A stretch of 52,784 nt of DNA from a candidate division FCPU426 bacterium (GCA_030637655.1 DAOWGI010000094.1:1-52784), one strand, 5' to 3'; shown: positions 9,594 to 20,080, counted from the stretch's first letter. The notes: generated by a model from the letters alone, not told the origin. Numbers and translations: made by a program.

Positions 9594-10174
9594 CCATTTT
9601 CATTGTTCTCAAAAATCATTATTTCAAAGCCGGCGCCGGCAATCATTTTTATTACTTCTTCATTCTCAGGAATACTGTGTTTATTAACTTCCGGTCCCAA
9701 CCGTTCATGAAATGAATTGATTTTTTCCCGGCTTTTCAAATGATTGATCCATAATTCGCCGCCTGATTTAAGAACTCTGGCAAACTCCGAAAATATTTTA
9801 ACCAAATCCGCAAAATGCGGAAACACATTGAAACATATGATTTTATCAAACCATTCCTCCGGTTTTGGAATAGCGCGCACCGTGCCCACTCTGAACTCAA
9901 TATTATTCGGCAATCGATGCAGCTTGGCTCGTCCAATCATTCCTTCCGAAAGATCCATACCCAGGATTTCACCTTGGGAACCAATCTGTTTGGCTGTGAC
10001 TTTTGTCAGCCGCCCGGACCCGCAACCCGGCTCCAATATTTTGTCATCGGCTTTTATTTGCCATCTGGACAGCAATTTTCCAACACCCTCTTTTTCTTCC
10101 GGCTCAAATTCAACCATTAAACTTCGTTCTACGCATTGATCAAAATACTTTTTCATTATTTTCTCTTCAAGCAT
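9551..10174 (-). CDS. Class I SAM-dependent methyltransferase
   Basis: ILEPGCGSG motif I; FDKIICFNVFPHF; last gene of the TonB/ABC operon. Confidence 0.88.
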   Translation of the reverse strand: MLEEKIMKKYFDQCVERSLMVEFEPEEKEGVGKLLSRWQIKADDKILEPGCGSGRLTKVTAKQIGSQGEILGMDLSEGMIGRAKLHRLPNNIEFRVGTVRAIPKPEEWFDKIICFNVFPHFADLVKIFSEFARVLKSGGELWINHLKSREKINSFHERLGPEVNKHSIPENEEVIKMIAGAGFEIMIFENNENGYCVKAIRVRNLSN

Positions 10175-10975
10175 AATTTCTCCCGGTAACTTGAAATTTC
10201 TTCACACTCATAACACCAAATACAATCACACTGGAAAACAGAACAATGCAGGCGCCTACCGGCCAATTCAGCATATAGGAAAAGACAAATCCGCCTACCG
10301 CACTTATCACACCGATAATGCCGCCGACAACCAAAGCGCTTTTATAACTGCGGGCAATCTTCAAAGCTGCAATAGCCGGATTACATATCAGACTGTATAA
10401 CAACAGTCCGCCCACAACCTGCAGATTAATGGTTATAACACTGGCTTCCACTAATAGTAATAATAGAAACAGGGTATCAGCCGGAATACGAACAACTGCC
10501 AGCTGACGGCTAAACAACAGGAGTTTCAATGATTTATTGAATACTATTATAAACAGTATCAGCAGCACAAATACCAGCAGCATCAGCCATAATTGATCGG
10601 CAGTAACAAATAATAAATTGCCCCACATAAAGCTCAATGCCGCTGTTTTCGGACCCGGACTTAAACCGATTCCCAAAAAGGCCAACCCCAGCATAAGTGA
10701 AAATATCGTCCCTAAGGCGGCATTGGGATCAAAATTATGATTGCGTGTGATTATTCCTAAAATAATTGCGCCTACTAAGGCTCCCAAAATCCGGTTAAAA
10801 CCGGATTAACGCCCAGCAGGTTACCGCCTACCGCACCGGCTAAAGCGGCATGGGCTGAGGCAATGGTAATAAACGGCATACGCATGCCAATCACATAAAC
10901 ACCAACCACGCCCGCCGAAGCGCCGCCTAAAACAGCTGCTATGATTACCGGCGAAAATGCTATTAAGACATCCAT
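10167..10975 (-). pseudogene. Metal ABC transporter permease (ZnuB/ABC-3 family) split by a single-base frameshift near 10787-10790
   Basis: ORF 10775-10975 (HAALAG motif) and ORF 10167-10787 (VGGLLLYSL, GACIV) are consecutive halves; adding one T to GGATTTTGGGAGCC restores GFLGAL. Confidence 0.8.
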
Positions 10976-11763
10976 GGTTTTACTCTTGTTCCCTGACTAA
11001 AGGCGTGGATTCTATTACCGCGAACAACCACCTCCATATGGCATCCGTATAATTCGCTCAGTATTTCAGGCCGGCATATTTCCTTCGGATTTCCGCTTAG
11101 TAACAGCTTTCCTTTTTTCAGCATTAAAAGTTTATTGCAGCAGGCCGGCAATTTATCTACCTCATGGGTCACCATAACTATGGTTTTGGATTCACTATGA
11201 AAGATTTCCTCTACGATCTGCGTCAAGCGTTCCTGCCAATCCAGATCCAGACCGGCTGTTGGTTCATCCAGTAATACCAGTGAAGATTTCTGCGCCAATA
11301 GCCTGGCCAACTGCACTTTTTGTTTTTCACCGCCGGACAGATCCCGATACAATCTTTTACTTAAATGACAAAGACCTAACTTTTCCATAGCCTGTTGCAC
11401 AATCTCATTATCCTGAATAGTGTCGGCAGAATCAAAAACAGACAATCCACCGCGTCCAAAATAAACGACTTCTTCAACCAACAAAGGCACATCCGGCTGA
11501 TAGTTGAGATCCTGAAAAAGCACGCCTATTTTTTTCCTTGCCATTCTAAACGCTTTATTCGAACCTGAGAATTCATGTCCCAGGATCTGTAACGAACCGC
11601 GAGTAATCGGTTCCAAACCAAGCAACAGATTAAGCAGGGTGCTTTTTCCCGCCCCATTCGGACCGATAATACCGACAAAATCTTTCTCTTTAACAGCAAA
11701 CGACAGCGGACCTAAAATTGTTTTTTTATCTCTAATTACCGCGACATCTTTTAACTGTATCAC
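10963..11763 (-). CDS. Metal ABC transporter ATP-binding protein (ZnuC-like)
   Basis: GPNGAGKS Walker A, LSGGEKQ signature, LLDEPT, VTH. Confidence 0.92.
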   Translation of the reverse strand: MIQLKDVAVIRDKKTILGPLSFAVKEKDFVGIIGPNGAGKSTLLNLLLGLEPITRGSLQILGHEFSGSNKAFRMARKKIGVLFQDLNYQPDVPLLVEEVVYFGRGGLSVFDSADTIQDNEIVQQAMEKLGLCHLSKRLYRDLSGGEKQKVQLARLLAQKSSLVLLDEPTAGLDLDWQERLTQIVEEIFHSESKTIVMVTHEVDKLPACCNKLLMLKKGKLLLSGNPKEICRPEILSELYGCHMEVVVRGNRIHAFSQGTRVKPWMS

Positions 11764-12584
11764 TTTTTTTTCCAGGCTTGGTTTATTTTCTCAATATTAC
11801 CTCTGACCAGTTTTTCATAGCCTTGGCCATAGCCTTGGGTGTCCGGAAAATTGCTTAATATCGCCACCGGCAGATTCATCCGTTTACTTAACGCTTTAGC
11901 AGACTCGGCTCCGCTCTGATAATTGCCGATAATCATTGCCGCTTTTGTCCGCATAAGTTTTTTCAGATCAAGCGGCGTCATTTCTTCCGCTCTTTTCAAT
12001 ACACCGACAACTTCCAGGCCCAAATAAACTGCAAATTGTTTCTGATGAAAGGCCGCAATAACAGGCTGATCTTTCCAAAGATAGCATTCTTCCATTATTT
12101 CTTTTTTTATTTTTTTGATTTTATTGAGGCTGGTCTGTTTATTATTAACCAGTTCCTGTTTTTTATCCGGATATTCCCGACATAACACATCGGTTATCTG
12201 ATCTATCAGCTTTTCATAATTATCCGGAATGACCAAACTTCCCGGAGTTTCAACGGTTATTAATTTTACCTTATCAGCGCCCAACTGTTTCAGTTTGTTT
12301 TCAAGTTCAGCCTGATAGCCATGGCGAATAACGGTGGCGGCCCGCCGCATTTTAAGCAGGATATCCGGTTTCAGATCAAAATGCCCCGGACAGGCTCCGG
12401 GCGGCAATATCATAACAATCTCGATATCACCACTGCTGTGATTAACGATTTCCGCGGCCGCGCATTTCAGCATTGATGTAGTAACAACTATATGCCGGTT
12501 ATTCCCTGCTTCAATTTTACTCCAGGTGGTTGTAAAAAATATGAGAACAATTAAGCATAATTTGGTTATTATAATTTTCTTCAT
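11760..12584 (-). CDS. Metal ABC transporter substrate-binding protein (ZnuA/TroA fold)
   Basis: Signal peptide, IVVTTS, ILPPGACPGHFD; operon context. Confidence 0.8.
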   Translation of the reverse strand: MKKIIITKLCLIVLIFFTTTWSKIEAGNNRHIVVTTSMLKCAAAEIVNHSSGDIEIVMILPPGACPGHFDLKPDILLKMRRAATVIRHGYQAELENKLKQLGADKVKLITVETPGSLVIPDNYEKLIDQITDVLCREYPDKKQELVNNKQTSLNKIKKIKKEIMEECYLWKDQPVIAAFHQKQFAVYLGLEVVGVLKRAEEMTPLDLKKLMRTKAAMIIGNYQSGAESAKALSKRMNLPVAILSNFPDTQGYGQGYEKLVRGNIEKINQAWKKK

Positions 12585-14560
12585 ATTTTAATATCTGTTC
12601 CGATCATGACAGTTGTGCCCGGCATGGGATAATCCGGTTTTAATTCATAGCTGGTATTCAACATATTTTCAACTGCTATAAAAATTTCTCCCTTTAATTT
12701 GGCAGCCATTATTTTGGCTAGGGGACAACTGACTCTCATATTGACCAAATTATATTTTTCCATTAATTGATTCGGCTGTGGGCTTCTGGGATTACCGGCA
12801 TAATAATCAGCCGTCATTTGCATAATTACTCCGAACTTTACCAAGCCGCTCAGATTATAATTTAGTCCCACAGTTACTGTCCATTCCGGCGCATACGGGC
12901 TGTCTTCCGGATCTGTTTGAGTCCAGGTGCCTCCCACAAAAACATCAAGTTTATCAATGGGAACAATCTGTACTTCAGCATTAATACCTTTTGCTGCATA
13001 CTCGCCGATATTTTCATATCTTGCGGGGGGTGGAGGAGGCAGCACCACGCTTAAAGCCGAGGTTACCTGATCATGAAAATAAGCAATATGATATCGAAGT
13101 GTTTTAGTAACCGCATGCGTCAGTCCTGCTTCAAAATGATTGATCTGTTCGGCGTCCAAATCCTGCCAGCTATTACCACCCGGGCCGCCGCCAAATAATA
13201 TGGCACTGTAAACACCCGGCAAATTATAGCCTTGCGAATAATTCGCATATAGTGTCAGGTTAATGGCAGCCATTACTCCTTTTAACCCCGCCTGGTAGCC
13301 AACCACATCTTCGAAATAGTCGCTAAAATTATATCTCGCGCCAATTGAAGGTGTCAGACTGATGGTTTCGCCAATAGTATAGGCCGCCATTAAATAGGGC
13401 GCTGTATTACGAAAGTACAAATTTGTTTCCAGTAAATTATTCAAATAATGTTCTTCTGCAAACCATCCTCCGTAAAAATCATAATCAACTCCAAGCATCA
13501 ATTCACTATGCTCGATTATTTCCAGCTCTTCCTGTAGTCTAATGCCATAATTGGCATATTTGGTTACACTGCTGAACGGTTCCTGCGCTGCATCATCCCA
13601 TTGTTTCCAATCCTGTAATCCCATATCCTGATAAATTTTCAGTTCCCCTTTTATCCAGCTATACTCGTGTGAGATCGTTGCTATTTCCATATTGCTTTTC
13701 GTATTAAATGTTTCTACCAACGGTTTGACACTCGTTCCTGCTGCGCCCGGATCTTCAACACTGCCCAACGTATGATGCACTTGAACAGATGCCTTCCAGT
13801 TACTTGTCAGTACGTATCCAAAACATGCATATAAACCGCTTACCTGACCACCGGCATTTTCCCGATGGCCTTTACTATCTTTCAGATGACCAACAAAATA
13901 GCCGTCAAAACCTTTTGAATTAAAGCCTGCTTCCAGGCGTTGAATCCAGGTTTGATGGGAACCGAACCCGGTAAAAGACCGGGCCTCAACCCCTTCTTCT
14001 TTTCGCCTTTTAGAAATCATATTGATTACCCCATTACTCATGTTTCCATATCTAACCGGCTGCGCGCTTTTATAGATTTTCAGATACGCCAAAGAATCCA
14101 GCGGCAGCATATCCAGCAGTGAATGCGCCCAGATGCCTGAAAATTTGGGAATACCGTCAACCAAAGTTGCTGTTGCCTGTCCCGGACGGGATTCGCCATG
14201 TCCTCTTATAAAAACAGCGCCCCCTTCACCGCCGCCAAAAGCGCCGATGATATTATGCCTGGACATAGTAATGCCCGGTACTTTATATAATGCAGTTGCC
14301 AAATCCTGGGCATTTAGCATATCAATCTGATCAGCCGTAACAATAGAAACCGCATCTCCAAAAACAGTAACTTCGGTTCTATCAATAATCGGCGAAGCTA
14401 CCACAATTAATTCCTCTAAATGAATAACCGGCATTTTCTCAAACACAGTCTCACTTTGGGTATAACCGGCTAGCGTATTTCCAGATATCTCAACATTTTC
14501 AGCCCAACCGCCGCCTGCCAACATAACAACCAACACCATTAAAAGCCAACCAACTTTCAT
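12581..14560 (-). CDS. TonB-dependent receptor
   Basis: LEELIVVAS TonB box, plug motifs (FIRG, LVDGIP, YG..GVIN), C-terminal VENMLN..Y...PG. Confidence 0.9.
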   Translation of the reverse strand: MKVGWLLMVLVVMLAGGGWAENVEISGNTLAGYTQSETVFEKMPVIHLEELIVVASPIIDRTEVTVFGDAVSIVTADQIDMLNAQDLATALYKVPGITMSRHNIIGAFGGGEGGAVFIRGHGESRPGQATATLVDGIPKFSGIWAHSLLDMLPLDSLAYLKIYKSAQPVRYGNMSNGVINMISKRRKEEGVEARSFTGFGSHQTWIQRLEAGFNSKGFDGYFVGHLKDSKGHRENAGGQVSGLYACFGYVLTSNWKASVQVHHTLGSVEDPGAAGTSVKPLVETFNTKSNMEIATISHEYSWIKGELKIYQDMGLQDWKQWDDAAQEPFSSVTKYANYGIRLQEELEIIEHSELMLGVDYDFYGGWFAEEHYLNNLLETNLYFRNTAPYLMAAYTIGETISLTPSIGARYNFSDYFEDVVGYQAGLKGVMAAINLTLYANYSQGYNLPGVYSAILFGGGPGGNSWQDLDAEQINHFEAGLTHAVTKTLRYHIAYFHDQVTSALSVVLPPPPPARYENIGEYAAKGINAEVQIVPIDKLDVFVGGTWTQTDPEDSPYAPEWTVTVGLNYNLSGLVKFGVIMQMTADYYAGNPRSPQPNQLMEKYNLVNMRVSCPLAKIMAAKLKGEIFIAVENMLNTSYELKPDYPMPGTTVMIGTDIKI

Positions 14561-14572
14561 TTCTCTCCCCTT

Positions 14573-14599
14573 TTGCTACGTTATTTATTTTCGTGTTAC
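14573..14599. promoter_or_regulatory. Candidate NikR operator (proximal, next to the RBS)
   Basis: TTGCTAC-N13-GTGTTAC, like the Geobacter-type NikR site as I recall it. Confidence 0.5.
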
Positions 14600-14688
14600 C
14601 AACAGTCCAAAAAAACGCTGCATCTTTTAATAATATTTTTTTCCATAGATACACCGAAACGGATTAATTTTGACACGCATTCGCCTTT

Positions 14689-14715
14689 GTGTTACGATTT
14701 TGAATAAAATAGCAC
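14689..14715. promoter_or_regulatory. Candidate NikR operator (distal)
   Basis: GTGTTA-N15-TAGCAC, one mismatch from the deltaproteobacterial NikR consensus GTGTTA-N15-TAACAC as I recall it. Confidence 0.65.
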
Positions 14716-14853
14716 ACATTATAAAAAACGTCAATTCTTTCGGAATTTTCAGCATCTCCAACCAAATACTCCCCGGCCTGCGCCTTCTGCTTAGTCTCTA
14801 TCCAAATAAATCATCCCCGCATATTCAGGTAACCCTCACCCTTTATCCCTCTA

Positions 14854-15018
14854 CCTAACCCGGACAAGCCGGAATCAAATTTAGCCGCCGATACACGCCG
14901 ATATACGCAAATTAAAAATCTTTTTTATCCATCAAGCCATAAATATCTGCGTTTAGCTGCGTTCATCAGCGGTTAATTTTCTTTCCATTTTGTAAAAAAT
15001 TTCATTTGTAAGATACTA
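14854..15018 (+). mobile_element. Non-autonomous repeat element (CCTAACCCGGACAAGCCGGAA...TAAGATACTA) with internal long hairpin
   Basis: Same ends as 34140-34307; internal GCCGCCGATACACGC...GCGTTCATCAGCGGT inverted repeat; abuts a truncated BoxC-like REP. Confidence 0.65.
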
Positions 15019-15080
15019 AAAGGTAGCGGAGAGGTGGTAACCCCGGGACTTCCGGCTCATGACATTTCACTAAAACAAAT

Positions 15081-16775
15081 TCAGTCTGTTTTTTTCAGGA
15101 ATTCGAAATTGCAAATACGAATATCAGGGTTTCCCTGCTCAGCACGAATAATTTCCCGATTGGCATTGACGGAAATCAATAAATGCTTGCCGCTTAAATT
15201 CAGATCCTCAATCCCAACACTCTGCAAGCGTTCCTTCATATTTTGGACGATGGACATATACTCTTCACGGAAAATCGCCCCGGTCCGATAGGCGTACAGC
15301 ATATTCACGCCTTCACAAAAATCATCCTCTTTTTCCGCCAATTTCTCATCCGGTCCGTTCCAATATCCCCAGATAGTCATATAATTATGTTTAGGCATTA
15401 GTACCGGAAGTCCGTCCGGACCTATAAGTCCGCTATGCTTTTCATAACGGCTTTTATCCAGCAAGCGCTCAGTAATGGCCGTCTTGTTGGCACTCATATA
15501 AATTGCCCGGGGATAGATGGTCGCGATTCCTTTTTGATTAAGCTCCACGGCCAGCGCGATTTCTTCAAACGGACTATTATATCCATATTCCAGGATCTTT
15601 CGCTCTTCCTTTAAAAAAGGGTCCATATCCGGCAACAAACCGACTTTAGAGACTTCCCATACAATATGAATATTATCCTTAGTCACAGTATAGTAACTCT
15701 CACTAAACATGGAAATCTTGGTTCTTTTCGTACCTTCCCAGCGTTCCGGTTGAAAATAATCAAACAAATGCGGATCCTTGCCCACGATCCATAAACGGCC
15801 TTTGGTGCTTTCCACCTGACCGCACACGTAATCCACACCTAATATATTCACATGCTGGAGATGGGGATGAAATTTTTTCGGAACTTCAATCGTGAAACGG
15901 TCTTTCTGCCTTCTGTGATAATCCAGGCGCCTGGATACCCGGCGTCTGTCTTGTAACTGCTGTGTTCGTTCCAGCAACTCATAATCAATCATCGCGATAC
16001 GTATTGCTCCGGATTTATCCTGGATAAATCCCTGGTGCTTATCCGGACGGACAATGATATGATTTGGTTTATTGTCTCTAACCAGATATCCGTTTTTTTC
16101 CAGTTTAACCGCAGCAGCATGAGTCAAGCTTCTGACGGCTTCATCATTCAGCGATTTCATTTTATACGCCTGGGCCACATCAATCCCTTCGACCCATTCG
16201 TAAATGACCATATATAAGCGATTAATATCCAGATCAATTTCCGTGTGCGCGTCAACAATGGATTTCATACGGTATTCATTTCTTCCGGTCTGCCAGAGTT
16301 TATACTGTTCGGAGGGCACATAAATGGCAAGAGGTTTTTGCAGAGTGATTTTTTCCGATGATTTCCGCAGAGTATCCCGCAATTCCTTAACCAGGGCAAA
16401 TTCTTCAAACGGACTATTGAATTTCGCGTCCTGGAGCACCTCGTACTCCGTGACACCCGGCACATCCTCCCCCATGCGGTTCCATTTAATCACCACATTG
16501 CGATTTCGTCCGTCAACCTTTTTGGTCCTGACCTTGTATACACAACCGGTACCGTCTAAGCGTTCGGAATTATTTTTAAACCAGGGACTGTCCGCCCGGA
16601 AATCCGCCGGATTCAGATCTCCCAATTGAGAAAGACCGTAAGAGGTAATAAAAAAGTCATCCTCATTTTGCAGTTTTAAATGCGCGTAATCCACATTAAA
16701 GATGGATACCACAGTATACTTTTCCCTCTCTCTTTTGGTGTGAAACCATTTTTTAATCCGGGCGTTTTTAATCAT
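15081..16775 (-). CDS. Hypothetical protein with two tandem protein-kinase-like domains
   Basis: Internal duplication (FNSPFEEFALVKEL / YNSPFEEIALAVEL); first repeat has VVIKW, RDNKPNHIIV and IDYE. Confidence 0.6.
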   Translation of the reverse strand: MIKNARIKKWFHTKREREKYTVVSIFNVDYAHLKLQNEDDFFITSYGLSQLGDLNPADFRADSPWFKNNSERLDGTGCVYKVRTKKVDGRNRNVVIKWNRMGEDVPGVTEYEVLQDAKFNSPFEEFALVKELRDTLRKSSEKITLQKPLAIYVPSEQYKLWQTGRNEYRMKSIVDAHTEIDLDINRLYMVIYEWVEGIDVAQAYKMKSLNDEAVRSLTHAAAVKLEKNGYLVRDNKPNHIIVRPDKHQGFIQDKSGAIRIAMIDYELLERTQQLQDRRRVSRRLDYHRRQKDRFTIEVPKKFHPHLQHVNILGVDYVCGQVESTKGRLWIVGKDPHLFDYFQPERWEGTKRTKISMFSESYYTVTKDNIHIVWEVSKVGLLPDMDPFLKEERKILEYGYNSPFEEIALAVELNQKGIATIYPRAIYMSANKTAITERLLDKSRYEKHSGLIGPDGLPVLMPKHNYMTIWGYWNGPDEKLAEKEDDFCEGVNMLYAYRTGAIFREEYMSIVQNMKERLQSVGIEDLNLSGKHLLISVNANREIIRAEQGNPDIRICNFEFLKKTD

Positions 16776-17114
16776 GTCATTCCTCGCTCATGGCATTTTT
16801 TCATCTCATATTTATTTTTTTTATCATTGCTGTCCAAATAAAACCAAACCCTATCCGCAGATTATATACCCCTTTGGGGCAGAGGCATATTTTAAAAAGC
16901 TTACCAGCATTTGTTTTTATATTTTATCGTGCCGGCGCGAACCTGAGTAAAAAACCGGTTCAGTAAATGTTCAGCAGCACGAAAGAGCCGAAGATTATAA
17001 AAGCAGGAGAAGAGATGTCAATTGATTATTTCACGGAATGTCAAGCAAAGTTCAAATAGCGGCAAGTTGGCACCAAAGCTTGGCGGCAGAAGCTAAAAAT
17101 ATCGAAGCTGTCTT

Positions 17115-17159
17115 CAAAAGTAAAACTCCCCGCGGCCGGCCGCGGGGAGTTTTACTTTT
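17115..17159. terminator. Long perfect hairpin, possibly a bidirectional terminator or palindromic element
   Basis: AAAAGTAAAACTCCCCGCGGCCGGCCGCGGGGAGTTTTACTTTT. Confidence 0.55.
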
Positions 17160-17261
17160 AGGCGGCCTTCAATTTAATTTCCAGGGTATATTTATGTCAT
17201 TTACGGCCTGCCTCAGCTCTTGCCATATTTCCTTGCAAAGCAATTACTTAGCAGCTACTAT

Positions 17262-17717
17262 TTAAAACAAATATAAATAAATTCCCGTAGTGATTACCCA
17301 TTCAAGTCCATTGCTTTCGGTATTCTGCGAGGACAAATTAATAACAGTAGGAGCGATATCCAAAGTTATGCCCAGTTCTTTGATAATCCGATATTCGCCG
17401 CCAATAAACGCTCCATATTCAATACCTGTGCCTTTGACATCCAAAGTGTCAAACCCAATGCCTCCAACCTCAATCCCGGTAAATACATTAATCTTTCCGG
17501 TCCGGAAAAAATTCCAATATCCCCGTCCCGCATAGATATATATCCCTTCACTGGCAGCATATTTTACTTCAGCCGAAATTTCCGGTATGAAATCTGATTT
17601 TACACTAATATAAGGATATCCTAATCCAACTCCCAGTTCCGCCCGGCTTGCTGTGGCGAGCCCACAAACAAGCATAACTATGATTAGCATCATTTTCACT
17701 AAAAAGTCTCTCATCAT
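17262..17717 (-). CDS. Small outer-membrane beta-barrel-like protein
   Basis: Signal peptide, alternating amphipathic strands, C-terminal YLYLF. Confidence 0.6.
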   Translation of the reverse strand: MMRDFLVKMMLIIVMLVCGLATASRAELGVGLGYPYISVKSDFIPEISAEVKYAASEGIYIYAGRGYWNFFRTGKINVFTGIEVGGIGFDTLDVKGTGIEYGAFIGGEYRIIKELGITLDIAPTVINLSSQNTESNGLEWVITTGIYLYLF

Positions 17718-17927
17718 TTATTTCCTCCTGACAATTTTATGGTTATGCTGAAACTCAAGCTTAGCGTTTAGATATTTAAAACCACTCATAAAATTCCAGC
17801 TCTCGCCTGCAAAAACGGAATTGCATCTTCAAAGTACGCCCTGACCCTCAAGTGCGGGGCATATGCCTGGGTGGCAGACACTAAAAAAAACATACAGCGA
17901 TCTCCTTGATTTTTAAAGTTTTTATGT

Positions 17928-19730
17928 TTAGTGGCTTTTTATCCACTTAGATATCGGTTCCCATACAAGAGATTTTGCATTGTTCGCCCAAAGCAGATCA
18001 GCGTGTCCGTAATCGACTGCCATGGCTTCCGGCGGATATAATTTAACTATTAATGTGCTTTTATCAGAACTTCCTAAAAGTGTAGTAGTATATATTCCAT
18101 GTTCTCCGAATCCACCAGCCGCTCCAACATAAAATACCGGTATCCTTATTTTGTGTAAATAATCGTCATAAGGCACTTCGACTGCATCAGACATCAAGGC
18201 CTCAATGTCAATTAATCCTCCAAGACTCTCATAACTCGGCACAGCAAAAGTAATGTCAAAAATATAGTCCAGATCCGCGAACTGCAATCCAGTGGGAATC
18301 ATTCCAGATGGATCGAATTCGCCGGCCATATAGTGATATAAGGGTACGTAGGGTGCAAGCGGCGCAAATGTGGCATGGGTTGCCGATAAACCAAATAAAG
18401 CAACTTGTTCATTAGTAAATCCGGGTATAATTGGAGAAGAATCATCAGGCGCCATTTTTGCTAATTGGCATACTGCCTTTAAGTTCTTGGCCTCCTCACT
18501 ATGATAGGTTTGCTGCTCATATAAGTATTTTAATGCTGTATACCGTTCGTAGGCAGCCTCTTTCAAGTCATCATTTTCCGGAGAAAATTTATATACCATA
18601 TCTATTGGAATTATCCCTTTCAAATTTCGTCTATACCTATGTTTCCGGGTCTCCGCATTAGCATAAGCGTAGGTAAGCGCTGCGCCTGAACTATGACCTG
18701 ACATAAAAATTCTGCCAAAACCGCTTCCGGTTAAAACCCGTAAAAACCTGGCGATTTTTACCGCTACCTCCAGATCCTGTAAATAAAGTCGGGTATTCCA
18801 TTCTTTCATAAATGAAAAACTATCCGTTTCATCCGGCACCAATGCCCATCTAAGGTCTATACCCCATACATCGATATTATTATTAGCCAAACAAACACCT
18901 ACTGATTGGTCTGCGTCTACTTTGTCGGATAACGTACTCATCAAAAACGCGGTGCGGAAATTAGATGAACTGCCGTGAATCATCATTACCGCCTTTCGGC
19001 TTCGTCTGGGAATCCATGGCCTCCATTCTTTCGTTACTCTATAGATTCCTATCTTATCAAATTCTCCAGCTCCCACTTTTAGTATTATGGCATATTCATA
19101 AATATCATTGACCAAATGTCTTCTTTTAACTGAAATTATTTTACGTATAATTTTAAACGGACTGCTAAAGCAGTTGCTTTTATAGGCAGAATCGGAAGTA
19201 CTAATATCCCGGTCCGACAAAGAGACTGCTTTTGCCATCAAACCTTCCTGCATATTAAGCATCTCTGAGGCATTATTACCGGAGTCAGAAGGTGTGATTA
19301 AAATCTCCTCCCCCGTACAAATATCTGTGGCTACATCAACATCAACACTTTTTTGCGCTGTTTTTCCTTTATTGTCAAATATAGTGCAAGTTACAGTATA
19401 GGTTCCCATAGACGCCGGCCCTGTCCAGATAACCTCCGAACCGCTCCCACTAATCGATCCACTGGTGGAACTCCAGGAATAGGTGAGTACATCCCCTTCG
19501 GGGTCTAAGGCGCTACAGGTTATAGTTGAGCTGCCGCTTGCTACCACTACCTCTGAATCTACTGTCAACGAATTTATTGAAGGTGATTCATTAGAAGTTT
19601 TTTCAATTTCTTTCTTTAATTCCTTGATTTGCTTTTTGGCTGCAGAAATAATTCCCAAATTGACGTCCGTATAGGCTTTCACAGGAATAAAAATGATACT
19701 TAGTGCAATGATAATAAAATATTTTTTCAT
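17928..19730 (-). CDS. Secreted Ig/PKD-like domain fused to an alpha/beta hydrolase
   Basis: Start MKKYFII; NESPSI...DPEGDVLTYSW Ig-like domain; IHGSS, GHSSG nucleophile elbow, GHADLL His. Confidence 0.75.
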   Translation of the reverse strand: MKKYFIIIALSIIFIPVKAYTDVNLGIISAAKKQIKELKKEIEKTSNESPSINSLTVDSEVVVASGSSTITCSALDPEGDVLTYSWSSTSGSISGSGSEVIWTGPASMGTYTVTCTIFDNKGKTAQKSVDVDVATDICTGEEILITPSDSGNNASEMLNMQEGLMAKAVSLSDRDISTSDSAYKSNCFSSPFKIIRKIISVKRRHLVNDIYEYAIILKVGAGEFDKIGIYRVTKEWRPWIPRRSRKAVMMIHGSSSNFRTAFLMSTLSDKVDADQSVGVCLANNNIDVWGIDLRWALVPDETDSFSFMKEWNTRLYLQDLEVAVKIARFLRVLTGSGFGRIFMSGHSSGAALTYAYANAETRKHRYRRNLKGIIPIDMVYKFSPENDDLKEAAYERYTALKYLYEQQTYHSEEAKNLKAVCQLAKMAPDDSSPIIPGFTNEQVALFGLSATHATFAPLAPYVPLYHYMAGEFDPSGMIPTGLQFADLDYIFDITFAVPSYESLGGLIDIEALMSDAVEVPYDDYLHKIRIPVFYVGAAGGFGEHGIYTTTLLGSSDKSTLIVKLYPPEAMAVDYGHADLLWANNAKSLVWEPISKWIKSH

Positions 19731-19952
19731 ATTCCCCCCCTTTTTTTTATATTCCAAAACTATAGCATATGGAATACATAATTTCAAATTTTGTAATAAT
19801 TTGTAATAAATAAGTGAAGTGCGGTTTTTTTTTACTAATTATTAGACACAGCCATATTCCGTAGGTATAATAAAAACTCACAGGCTAAATATGCAGCTTA
19901 ATATACTATCCGGCTCCACCCAGGATAATATGACTTTTTACCACATACCGGT

Positions 19953-20056
19953 AATGCCCCGTGGCTTGCCACGGGGATACCGCATACCCTCTCCCTTAGG
20001 GAGAGGGATAAAGGGTGAGGGTCACCTTAACATACCCTGCGGCTTGCCGCAGGGTA
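19953..20056. repeat. Cluster of palindromic repeats upstream of the RND gene
   Basis: CCCCGTGGCTTGCCACGGGG, CCCTCTCCCTTAGGGAGAGGG...GGGTGAGGGT and TACCCTGCGGCTTGCCGCAGGGTA. Confidence 0.7.
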
Positions 20057-20080
20057 ATTGACTTTTAACCGGAGGTTTTT

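Noticed and set aside
17790-17885. Possible riboswitch upstream of the beta-barrel gene
   Set aside because: GC-rich, but I could not match the conserved core of any riboswitch class; needs an Rfam scan
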